Below are positions 27,064-35,348 of a stretch of DNA of 64,000 nucleotides, piece by piece (the first letter of the stretch is position 1; each line of letters starts with the position of its first letter). The stretch is from Candidatus Woesebacteria bacterium (lineage in GTDB: Bacteria; Patescibacteriota; Microgenomatia; UBA8517): assembly GCA_016432525.1 (NCBI GenBank), contig CP066693.1, positions 160,815-224,814 on the forward strand, given 5' to 3'. A model generated the notes under the pieces. That model did not search any database. It worked only from the letters and a program-made list of their open reading frames with translations, and was not told the origin of the DNA. The position numbers were made by a program, and so were the translations under genes.

Positions 27064-28467
27064 CTATAACGCACTTTTTATCCCCAAGATATCCTCTCTT
27101 AACTTAGAATCGAGTGAGGATAATTTGGTGATAGTTGTTACAGCATGCATAACAGTTGAGTGGTCCCTTCCTCCAATAAGTCCTCCAACATCAGCGTAAG
27201 GCATGTGCAGTTCAGATCGAAGTAAATACATTAGAATTTGCCTAGGCCTTGCAACCATTCGCGCACGAGCTGGTCCCATCAATGCTTTTTTGTTTACTGA
27301 AAAATGAGAAGAAACAGCGTCGATTATTGCCTCAGGTGTGGGAATTCTTCTTTTTCCGTTTACATCAAGTTTTTCTTTTCCTAACAAATTTGAAACAAAC
27401 TCCTCAGATATCTCAACCTGCCTGAATTTAAGTTCAGATGAAAGTTTTATCAAAAACCCTTCAATTTTTCTCGGGGAATCAAGATTTCCAGAAATCAAAG
27501 AAACATAATTCATTTCAAGATCTAATCCTTTCTCTTGTGCCTTAATTGAAGTAATTGCACATCTAAGTTCAAAGTCAGGATTTCCCACATCAACAATAAG
27601 TCCAGCCTCAAATCTACTTCTTAATCTTTCCTCAATTCCCATAAGCTGATGAGGTGGTTTATCAGAAGTTAAAATGACCTGCCCCCCTGCCCCTGTCACA
27701 GCATTAAATGTATGGAAGAACTCCTCCTGTGCAGCATCTTTTCCAGCAATAAATTGAATGTCATCAACAAACAAACATTTAAGTTTTCTGTATTTCTCTC
27801 TAACGTTTTGTGTGGTTTTATTTCTTATTCCCATAACAATATCATTGGTAAAATCCTCACCAGTACATAGTAAAACTTTGAAATCCATGTTTTTTTTCAA
27901 AACACTATACCCAACTGCATTCATAAGATGAGTCTTCCCCACTCCAACTCCTCCCCAGATAAAAAGTGGATTATAAGAAGAGCCAGGATTTTTTGAAACA
28001 GCATCGCAAGCTGCCCAAGCCATTTGGTTTGAAGAAGAAACTGCATAGTTCTCAAAAACCTGACTTGGTCTAATTCTTGATTGGTTAAGTCTCTCAACAA
28101 AATAAGTGTTATCCATTTCAACTTCAAAAAGTGGAGTCTGTGCTTGAGTGTTCGTGTTCAAACTCGACTCAGGCTGTTTTATGACAAATACCAAATCGCA
28201 CGGGAATCCCAAAGCTGAAGTTAAGCTGTCTTGAATTAGTCCAAAATATCTGCTTTCTATTGTTGCCTTGACAAAAGAAGATAAACATCCAATTTCAGCA
28301 ATATATCTATCCCCTCCTTTCTTCTTCAAGCTAACAAGGTGTGTTTTGCAAATCCATGTAGAAAAAACTGCAGACGAAACAGAAACCTTGACACTTCCAA
28401 GCACTTGATTCCATATTTGATTTTTGTCAGGTTTCATAACTTGTTTTCTTTGTAATAAGTTATCCAC
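27064..28467 (-). CDS. dnaA: Chromosomal replication initiator DnaA
   Basis: Walker A GGVGVGKTHLMNAVG, AAA+ sensor motifs, C-terminal DNA-binding signature LIGGRDHSTVMHA. The start appears to be GTG (gtggataac... VDNLLQRKQ), with an alternative internal ATG 10 codons in. Confidence 0.9.
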   Translation of the reverse strand: MDNLLQRKQVMKPDKNQIWNQVLGSVKVSVSSAVFSTWICKTHLVSLKKKGGDRYIAEIGCLSSFVKATIESRYFGLIQDSLTSALGFPCDLVFVIKQPESSLNTNTQAQTPLFEVEMDNTYFVERLNQSRIRPSQVFENYAVSSSNQMAWAACDAVSKNPGSSYNPLFIWGGVGVGKTHLMNAVGYSVLKKNMDFKVLLCTGEDFTNDIVMGIRNKTTQNVREKYRKLKCLFVDDIQFIAGKDAAQEEFFHTFNAVTGAGGQVILTSDKPPHQLMGIEERLRSRFEAGLIVDVGNPDFELRCAITSIKAQEKGLDLEMNYVSLISGNLDSPRKIEGFLIKLSSELKFRQVEISEEFVSNLLGKEKLDVNGKRRIPTPEAIIDAVSSHFSVNKKALMGPARARMVARPRQILMYLLRSELHMPYADVGGLIGGRDHSTVMHAVTTITKLSSLDSKLREDILGIKSAL

Positions 28468-28468
28468 A
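28460..28468 (+). promoter_or_regulatory. Perfect DnaA box TTATCCACA overlapping the dnaA start codon
   Basis: ttatccaca at 28460-28468; classic autoregulatory arrangement. Confidence 0.4.
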
Positions 28469-28514
28469 TTGAGTCAACTATCAAAAACAAAATCTCTATG
28501 ATATAATCTCACAA

Positions 28515-28655
28515 ATGTCGACCAAAAGAACTTATCACCCTAGTAAAATCAAAAGGCAAAGAAAGTTTGGATTTAAAGCTAGAAATAACAGTAAAAGTGG
28601 TAAATTAGTTTTAAAACGAAGACGCCTGCACGGCAGGAAAAAACTTAGTGAGTAA
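28515..28655 (+). CDS. rpmH: 50S ribosomal protein L34
   Basis: 46 aa [46 protein letters not shown]; not in ORF track (under 60 aa); canonical position upstream of rnpA. Confidence 0.85.
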   Translation: MSTKRTYHPSKIKRQRKFGFKARNNSKSGKLVLKRRRLHGRKKLSE

Positions 28656-28657
28656 AA

Positions 28658-29002
28658 ATGCTCCCCCGCCAAAATAGACTTAAAGGTGTAAAAAATTTTA
28701 AAGAAGTTCAAAAAAAAGGAAAAGTAATAAATTCAAATTCCTTCGGTCTAGCTTATCTCAAAAGAGAAGACGAAAAACCATCTAGATTTGGTTTTGTAAT
28801 ATCCACAAAAATCAGCAAACTTGCAACTCTGAGAAATCGAGCCCGCCGCGCTCTTGGTGAAAAAATTCGCCAATCAAGTAAAAATATTAAAGATGGTTAT
28901 GATTGTATTTTTCTTGCAAAACCTCCAATTATAAAAACTTACACTCAGGACTTAATGAAAGAAGTGGAAGAAATTCTCACCAAAGCTAAAATCTACAAAT
29001 GA
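28658..29002 (+). CDS. rnpA: Ribonuclease P protein component
   Basis: 114 aa, basic, RFGFVISTKISKLATLRNRARRALGE motif; follows rpmH by 2 nt. Confidence 0.8.
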   Translation: MLPRQNRLKGVKNFKEVQKKGKVINSNSFGLAYLKREDEKPSRFGFVISTKISKLATLRNRARRALGEKIRQSSKNIKDGYDCIFLAKPPIIKTYTQDLMKEVEEILTKAKIYK

Positions 29003-29208
29003 AAAAGATAGTTGTAACTTACCAAATTTTTTTTTCCAAAAGCGTAAGGATTCTTTTTGGCCCTGGTTGTAGGTTCACTCCAAGCTGTTCAGAATACGCA
29101 CGACTTGCAATTGGCAAACACGGTATCTTTCATGGTACAATTATAGCTTGTAAACGCCTCATGCGCTGCCATCCATTTAGTGGTCGCTCAGGCTTCGATC
29201 CAATATGA
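28999..29208 (+). CDS. yidD: Membrane protein insertion efficiency factor YidD
   Basis: 69 aa with CRFTPSCSEYARLAI...RLMRCHPF signature; ATGA overlap with rnpA. Confidence 0.8.
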   Translation: MKKIVVTYQIFFSKSVRILFGPGCRFTPSCSEYARLAIGKHGIFHGTIIACKRLMRCHPFSGRSGFDPI

Positions 29209-30053
29209 ATATTTTCACTTTACTTTTAACCCAACCTCTGGCGAATGGCCTAGTTCTTTTCTATAAAGTTTTAGGTGAAAACATGGGTTTAGCAATTATC
29301 GGCTTCTCTCTGTTGCTTAGGGTTATCTTAACTCCTCTTACAAAACCTTATCTTGAGTCTATGAAAAAAATGCGCGAAGTAGCTCCCCAACTCGAAAAAT
29401 TAAAACAAAAACACAAAGGCGATAAAACCAAACTAATGAAGGCACAAGCCGATTTCTATAAAGAAAAAGGAATCAATCCTTCAGCAGGATGTCTTCCTCA
29501 AATTCTTCAAATAATCGTTTTAATTGCTCTTTATAATGTATTCACAAAAGCTTTGGTAGATGGAGGTATTGTCACAAACAATTTTAACTCTCTTCTTTAT
29601 GCCCCTCTGAAATTCATTGAAGGGGCAAAAATTAATACTCAATTCTTATATCTAAACATCTCAAAGCCAGATGTCATAAATGTTGGACTTCCTTTTTCTC
29701 TCCCTGGTCCAATTTTAATTCTCGCTGCTCTCTCGCAAATGATATCTGCTAAAATTGCCGCCCCCTATCTTGAACTAGAAGAAAAAATGGCTGCAAAAAC
29801 ACCCAAAAAAGAAGATGACTTTCAAGTAGCCATGCAAAACTCTGCAATTTACACTTTTCCCTTAATGACAATTCTAATTGGAGTTCGCTTTCCGTCAGGA
29901 CTCGCCCTTTATTGGCTCTTGTTTTCACTCTTCCAAACTCTCCAGCAATATAGAAGTACAGGCCTTGGAGGCCTCACCCCTTGGCTAAAACGCCTAAATC
30001 TGCTAAAATTGCCCCACAATGACAAAAAAAGTCGAAAATCAAAAAATAATTAA
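29205..30053 (+). CDS. yidC: Membrane protein insertase YidC (short form)
   Basis: 282 aa polytopic; conserved YidC core (LLRVILTPLT...NPSAGCLPQILQIIVLIALY); operon context. Confidence 0.8.
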   Translation: MNIFTLLLTQPLANGLVLFYKVLGENMGLAIIGFSLLLRVILTPLTKPYLESMKKMREVAPQLEKLKQKHKGDKTKLMKAQADFYKEKGINPSAGCLPQILQIIVLIALYNVFTKALVDGGIVTNNFNSLLYAPLKFIEGAKINTQFLYLNISKPDVINVGLPFSLPGPILILAALSQMISAKIAAPYLELEEKMAAKTPKKEDDFQVAMQNSAIYTFPLMTILIGVRFPSGLALYWLLFSLFQTLQQYRSTGLGGLTPWLKRLNLLKLPHNDKKSRKSKNN

Positions 30054-30498
30054 AGATCTCCTCGAAAATCTTTTGGATCTTCTTTCAATTCAATGCGAGT
30101 TTAAAATAGAAAAAATTGACCCTGGTTCAGAGGAAGAATCCTACAATGTAAAAATCGAAACCAAGAACCAGGATGAAGGCTTGCTTATTGGCACTCATGG
30201 TGCAAATCTTCAAGCCATCGAGTCTTTTATGAATTTAGCAGTCCGTCAACAAAAAGGTGAATGGCTTCGTGTAAACCTCGAAATAGGGGATTGGCGTAAA
30301 AAACAAAAAGATAGTCTTGTCTCACTTGGTGAACAAGCTGCAAAAAGAGCAAAAGAGACAGGGGAGCCACAGTTTCTTTACAATTTAACTCCACAACAAA
30401 GAAGAGAAATTCATGTAAGCTTAAAGGAAAATGATGAAATTGAGACCTATTCAGAAGGTGAAGGCGAAAATCGCTATCTGGTTATCAAATCCCGATAA
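30019..30498 (+). CDS. jag: Jag/SpoIIIJ-associated KH-R3H RNA-binding protein
   Basis: 159 aa; KH-like GTHGANLQAIESF and R3H-like C-terminus; downstream of yidC. Confidence 0.7.
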   Translation: MTKKVENQKIIKDLLENLLDLLSIQCEFKIEKIDPGSEEESYNVKIETKNQDEGLLIGTHGANLQAIESFMNLAVRQQKGEWLRVNLEIGDWRKKQKDSLVSLGEQAAKRAKETGEPQFLYNLTPQQRREIHVSLKENDEIETYSEGEGENRYLVIKSR

Positions 30499-31693
30499 AT
30501 TAGTTTTCAGTCTACTTCTTCTTTTTCTTCCAACTCAGTTAGCTTTTCACTTTTGGCCTGATTGGGCTCTTGTTTATGGAATCCGAGTCGATTATCTTGC
30601 TCCCACCCTTTATTTTACAGATATTTTAACTTTTGTATTATTAGTTCTCGTTGCTAAAAAAATCCATCTTTCTAAAAAGTTTTTGCTTTTAATTTTCATT
30701 CTCTTTAACATTGTTTTTGCACACATCGCGCAAATCGCTGTTCTTTATTGGCTCAGATTTTTGGAGGGCTATTTTTTAGTTTTCTATGTTTCGAAAAACA
30801 GAAAAGAAATCTTAAAGAATTTAGAGACCCCACTTTCTCTTGCAATAATTTATGTGTCACTGATTGCTTTTGGACAATTCTTTTTACAAAAAACAATAGG
30901 AGGTCCTCTTTACTGGCTAGGGGAGAGAAGTTTCAATTCATCTACTCCTGGTATTGCTCTAGCAAATTACTTTGGTGAAATTCTCATGCGACCTTATTCA
31001 ATTTTTCCACACCCAAATGCTCTTGCTGGTTTTCTAGCAGTTTCAATTTTTCTGCTTATTTCACAAAAAACAAAAAAAATCACTACAAAAACTTCTATAA
31101 TTTTCGCAGTTTTAGTAATTTTTCTCACTTTCTCAAAAACAGTCTGGTTCGCAAGTTTATTTTGCTTGATTATTCTCTTACTTAGAAAACACCTTAATTT
31201 AAAATTCCTAAAAATTATTCTTTTCTCAATTATTACTTTTACCTCCTTATTTTTTGCTTTTGGTAAATCTCCTTCAAAATCAGAAGGAATTTATAAACGA
31301 TTTGAACTTTCTCGTGTATCACTAAAAATTTGGGAATCACAGCCAGTTTTTGGAGTAGGTCTAGGTAATTCAATAACCCTTCTCCCAACTATTGCGCAAA
31401 AATATCCAAAAATTATTTCACCTTCAGTCTCATGGTGGTTACAACCAGTTCATAATATCTATTTGTTAATTCTTTCAGAAACAGGTCTTGTAGGTTTTTT
31501 GCTTTTTCTTTATTTAGTAATTAGAATATTTAGAAATTCATTAAAAATTAAACCTGCCTTGCCGGCAGGTAGGAATTGGAAATTAGTAATTTCAATCATG
31601 CTAATTTTATTAACAGGATTGTTTGACCACTATTGGCTTACAATTCATCAGAATTTTTTGTTAGCATCAATTCTGTTAGGTCTACTAACATGA
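30431..31693 (+). CDS. Polytopic membrane protein, O-antigen ligase/polymerase (Wzy_C)-like
   Basis: More than 10 TM helices with a larger extracytoplasmic loop (PLYWLGERSFNSSTPGIALANYFGEILMRPYSIFPHPNALAG). Start uncertain: the listed ATG overlaps jag by 68 nt. Confidence 0.4.
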   Translation: MMKLRPIQKVKAKIAIWLSNPDKLVFSLLLLFLPTQLAFHFWPDWALVYGIRVDYLAPTLYFTDILTFVLLVLVAKKIHLSKKFLLLIFILFNIVFAHIAQIAVLYWLRFLEGYFLVFYVSKNRKEILKNLETPLSLAIIYVSLIAFGQFFLQKTIGGPLYWLGERSFNSSTPGIALANYFGEILMRPYSIFPHPNALAGFLAVSIFLLISQKTKKITTKTSIIFAVLVIFLTFSKTVWFASLFCLIILLLRKHLNLKFLKIILFSIITFTSLFFAFGKSPSKSEGIYKRFELSRVSLKIWESQPVFGVGLGNSITLLPTIAQKYPKIISPSVSWWLQPVHNIYLLILSETGLVGFLLFLYLVIRIFRNSLKIKPALPAGRNWKLVISIMLILLTGLFDHYWLTIHQNFLLASILLGLLT

Positions 31694-32121
31694 CAAACAT
31701 AAAAATATTTACAGATGGGGGAGCGCGAGGAAACCCTGGTCCCGCTGCTTCTGCTTTTGTGGTGTTTGACAGTACCGATAAAGAAATTTACAAAAGTTCA
31801 AAATTTATTGGACTTACTACCAACAATGTTGCGGAATATAAAGCTTTATTAATGGCACTTGATTGGCTTAAATTCTTCCAAAATTTAAAGGATTTAAATT
31901 TAATAAATTTTTATCTTGATTCCGAATTGGTTGTCAAACAACTAACAGGTATATATAAAATCAAAAGTCCTGATCTAATTCCATTAACATTAAATATTAA
32001 AGAGCAAGAGAAGTTGATTAATAAAAAAATTATTTATCAACACATACCAAGAGGTCAAAATAAATTAGCTGACAAACTTGTAAACCTTGCATTAGATAAA
32101 GAGCTTTCTTCACATAAATAA
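31690..32121 (+). CDS. rnhA: Ribonuclease HI
   Basis: Start at ATG 31690 (ATGA overlap with upstream gene): MTNIKIFTDGGARGNPGPAASAFVV..., RNase H type 1 fold motifs. Confidence 0.75.
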   Translation: MTNIKIFTDGGARGNPGPAASAFVVFDSTDKEIYKSSKFIGLTTNNVAEYKALLMALDWLKFFQNLKDLNLINFYLDSELVVKQLTGIYKIKSPDLIPLTLNIKEQEKLINKKIIYQHIPRGQNKLADKLVNLALDKELSSHK

Positions 32122-32210
32122 GTTCACGTCGCCGAAGTTTTTAAATGTTTTATCGTGCCGAGAAAAGCCTCATTTAATAGTGAGGTAAAAAAAGATATGA
32201 TTAACAAAGT

Positions 32211-34352
32211 ATGCTAGCAACGATCTTTTCCGATGAAAGTATATTCTCTTTACATCTTCAAAAACTGCTTAAAAAAACTAATTGCAATATTCACGTCTCC
32301 GGTCAGGAGAATGATATTCCTCAAGAAACCAACTACTTATTCGTAATCCTATCTACTCCTACAAAGATATCAACTAAACTATCTGGACCGTTAAATAACA
32401 ATCACATAAAGTCATGTATTATTGTTTTAAATTCTTCAAATAAAATTGACACAATCGACTTTCCAAAAACTCCAATTATTTATATAGGAAATGATGCGGA
32501 TAAAGAATTAGTTAGCGGCGAAATAGTTAAAAAAATCTTTTCTTTTGGTTTTGAAAATAAAGAAAATTTTTTCGGAAATCAACTTCCTTATAAAAACCTA
32601 ACAAAGACAAAGAAAGAAAAGATAACTAAAAACAATAAAATTTATTTAAGATCTATTCTCTTTCTAACAACAATTTTGTTTTGGTTTTTGACTCTTCCTT
32701 TTCTTTTAATCCCCATATCTTCATCAACACTTTTACTTTCTTATTTTTTAATAACTCAAAAAAATTTTCCTCTAGCCAATCTAAGTTTACATACAACAAA
32801 ACTTCTCTCAGAAGTTTCATATAATGAGTTAGTTTCTTTAAGTAATTTACCTCTTATATCTGAAGGTTTTAATCTCCCCAAAAGAGTCTCTGCTGCGGAA
32901 AAAGAAATTTCAGAAATTGGAATTAACTCTATTGACTCCTATGAAATTCTTAAAAATTCCTTTGCAAATTCTCTCAACAAAAAAGACTACGATTTAATAA
33001 AAACTAAAAACAACCTTCTCAAAAACGTACAAAAGATAAATGATAATATTTCGTCTTTGGAAAATGAACTTTCCTTAATTCCATATACCAAAAACTTTAT
33101 TTCAAAAAATGAAAAATCAATTGGCTATATAAAATCCTTTCTAAACCTTAGCGAAAATTTTTTAATTTCAGCGCCCTCTATCTTAGGAACCGAAAAACCA
33201 AAAACTTACTTAATTCTTTTTCAAAATTCTTCTGAACTTCGCCCCACAGGAGGTTTTGTTGGTTCTTTTGCATTAATTACCTTTGAAAAAGGAAAACTTT
33301 TCAATTTGGAGGTTTATGATATCTACGATGCTGACGGTCAACTAAAAGGTCACGTAGACCCTCCAAATCCACTCAGAACTTATTTAAAAGAGGGTGGCTG
33401 GTACTTTAGAGATTCTAACTGGAATCCTGATTTTCCTTCTTCTGCTAAGGTAGCCGCTTGGTTTCTTGATAAGGAAATGGAAATCAAAGTCGATGGCGTA
33501 GTTGCAGTTGATTCAGAATTTATAATTTCCTTACTTCAAAAAATAGGCCCAATAAATTTACCTAACTCAAATCTTCAAATTACTTCTCAAAACTTTTACG
33601 AAAAAATAAATTCCCAAATAGAAAACAATTTCTTTCCAGGCTCAAGAAATAAATCCAATCTTCTAAGTGATCTTTACAAAACCCTTATCCAAAAAGTATC
33701 AACCCAAGGCCTAAGCTTCGAATCTTTAGCTCGTTTGTCTCTAAACGCCCTAAGTCAAAGGCACATTCAAATTTACTTTAATGATGTCCCTCTGCAAAAA
33801 ACACTATCCGACTTAAATTGGGCAGGGGAGATTAAAAAAACTTCCTGTTTCGACTGTGACAACATTACTATTTCTTTGGTTGAAGCTAATCTAGGAGTGA
33901 ACAAAGTCAACCCCTTTATTGAACGGGAAGCTTTTCTTTCACAAAAAATACTAGACAATTTTATAGAAAACTCCCTAATCGTTAATTTCACAAACAAAAA
34001 TAGCACACTTGCTTACAAAAACTATCTAAGATTAATTACTAATAAAGACACTACATTTGATGGAGTTTTAGTTCAAAATCAAAAAATCACGCAAACTTTA
34101 ATTCCCGAGCTCGAAGAGCATGATTCAAATTTTACGTCAGCAGGTGTATTTGTTGAAATAAATCCCAAATCACAAACCTCAATTAAATTTTCCTGGAAAA
34201 CAAAATCATTGAAGGACAAAAAATCATTTTTGATAAGAAAACAAGCGGGGCTAGTAGATGAGCCTATGACAATAAAAATTGAAAACAATAAGAATTTAAG
34301 CTATACTAGTTCCTTACTAGAAGATTTTATATATGAGTACTCAAAAAATTAA
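32211..34352 (+). CDS. Large membrane-anchored protein with ~550-aa extracytoplasmic domain (possibly DUF4012-like)
   Basis: Cytoplasmic N-terminus, TM helix at ~150-185, conserved-looking block GGFVGSFALITFEKGK...YDADGQLKGHVDPPNP...GGWYFRDSNWNPDFP. Confidence 0.4.
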   Translation: MLATIFSDESIFSLHLQKLLKKTNCNIHVSGQENDIPQETNYLFVILSTPTKISTKLSGPLNNNHIKSCIIVLNSSNKIDTIDFPKTPIIYIGNDADKELVSGEIVKKIFSFGFENKENFFGNQLPYKNLTKTKKEKITKNNKIYLRSILFLTTILFWFLTLPFLLIPISSSTLLLSYFLITQKNFPLANLSLHTTKLLSEVSYNELVSLSNLPLISEGFNLPKRVSAAEKEISEIGINSIDSYEILKNSFANSLNKKDYDLIKTKNNLLKNVQKINDNISSLENELSLIPYTKNFISKNEKSIGYIKSFLNLSENFLISAPSILGTEKPKTYLILFQNSSELRPTGGFVGSFALITFEKGKLFNLEVYDIYDADGQLKGHVDPPNPLRTYLKEGGWYFRDSNWNPDFPSSAKVAAWFLDKEMEIKVDGVVAVDSEFIISLLQKIGPINLPNSNLQITSQNFYEKINSQIENNFFPGSRNKSNLLSDLYKTLIQKVSTQGLSFESLARLSLNALSQRHIQIYFNDVPLQKTLSDLNWAGEIKKTSCFDCDNITISLVEANLGVNKVNPFIEREAFLSQKILDNFIENSLIVNFTNKNSTLAYKNYLRLITNKDTTFDGVLVQNQKITQTLIPELEEHDSNFTSAGVFVEINPKSQTSIKFSWKTKSLKDKKSFLIRKQAGLVDEPMTIKIENNKNLSYTSSLLEDFIYEYSKN

Positions 34353-35001
34353 AGCAGAGAATAGAAAAATAACCGGCCGAAAAGTAAAAGCCTTAAGAAG
34401 TCAGGGAATTCTTCCAGCCAATATTTTTGGTAAGAAAATCAAGTCAGTTGCTATTCAAGTTGATTATAAGGATTTTGAAAAGGTTTACCATGAGGTAGGG
34501 GAAACAGGAATCATAGAAATAATACTTGCTAAGAAAACTCTCCCAACCTTAATTAGCAATCTCCAAAAAGATACTGTAACCGGGAAAATTATTCACGCAG
34601 ATTTCCACTCTATCGATCTTAAAGAAAAAGTTACTGCAAAAGTTCCAGTTGAGATAAAAGGCGAGTCACCAGCTGTAAAGAATGGTTTAGGCACAGCCGT
34701 TCAACAACTTGACGAAATAGAGATTGAAGCTCTTCCGACAGATATTCCTGAAAAATTTGTTGTTGATATTACATCTCTTGAAAATGTTGATGATGGAATT
34801 TATGTAAAAGATATTAAGTTTAGTAAAAAGATCGAAGTCAAAGAAGATCTTGAAAAGATTGTTATAAGTGTTCAACCTCTTCAAAAAGAAGAAGTAGTAG
34901 TTGTTGCTCCTAAACCAGAGCAAGAAGCACAAGTAGAAGGAGAAACTCCCAAAGAAGAAATTCCTGCCGAAGAAAACAAAGAGGAAACTCCAAAAGAATA
35001 A
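34333..35001 (+). CDS. rplY: 50S ribosomal protein L25 / general stress protein Ctc
   Basis: N-terminal L25 domain (KAENRKITGRKVKALRSQGILPANIFGK) plus acidic E/K-rich C-terminal tail. Confidence 0.75.
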   Translation: MSTQKIKAENRKITGRKVKALRSQGILPANIFGKKIKSVAIQVDYKDFEKVYHEVGETGIIEIILAKKTLPTLISNLQKDTVTGKIIHADFHSIDLKEKVTAKVPVEIKGESPAVKNGLGTAVQQLDEIEIEALPTDIPEKFVVDITSLENVDDGIYVKDIKFSKKIEVKEDLEKIVISVQPLQKEEVVVVAPKPEQEAQVEGETPKEEIPAEENKEETPKE

Positions 35002-35331
35002 CTATTTTAGCTTGCCAGAAATTTCCCTAATTTTCAAAGAATTTGGATCAATTTTGAAAGCTTGGTTTATATAGTTATTACTCTCTCCTGTATTTCCAAT
35101 TTGTTTTTCAAGTATCGCAAGTTTCAAATATCCATCAATGTAGGTTGGGTTCTCAGAAACAATTTTTTTCCAAAAATTTAACTCTTCCGTTAGTCGCGGC
35201 TCAGGAATTGGCTGCTCAATTGAAGCTCCTAATACTTTCTGTGTATTAAATGCTCCACTCAAAGAAAGATATGAAGCTATATTAAGAAAAGTTAAGCTTA
35301 AAAGTATCGCTGAGACTAGTGGCAGTTTCAT
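35002..35331 (-). CDS. Small secreted/anchored TPR-like protein
   Basis: N-terminal hydrophobic signal; helical repeat-like remainder. Confidence 0.35.
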   Translation of the reverse strand: MKLPLVSAILLSLTFLNIASYLSLSGAFNTQKVLGASIEQPIPEPRLTEELNFWKKIVSENPTYIDGYLKLAILEKQIGNTGESNNYINQAFKIDPNSLKIREISGKLK

Positions 35332-35348
35332 TAAAGATCATCTTAAAA

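Noticed and set aside
30431-30498. 68-nt overlap between jag and the downstream membrane-protein ORF
   Set aside because: Probably a start-site ambiguity (alternative TTG/GTG start) rather than a real long overlap. Noted in the feature but not treated as a finding.
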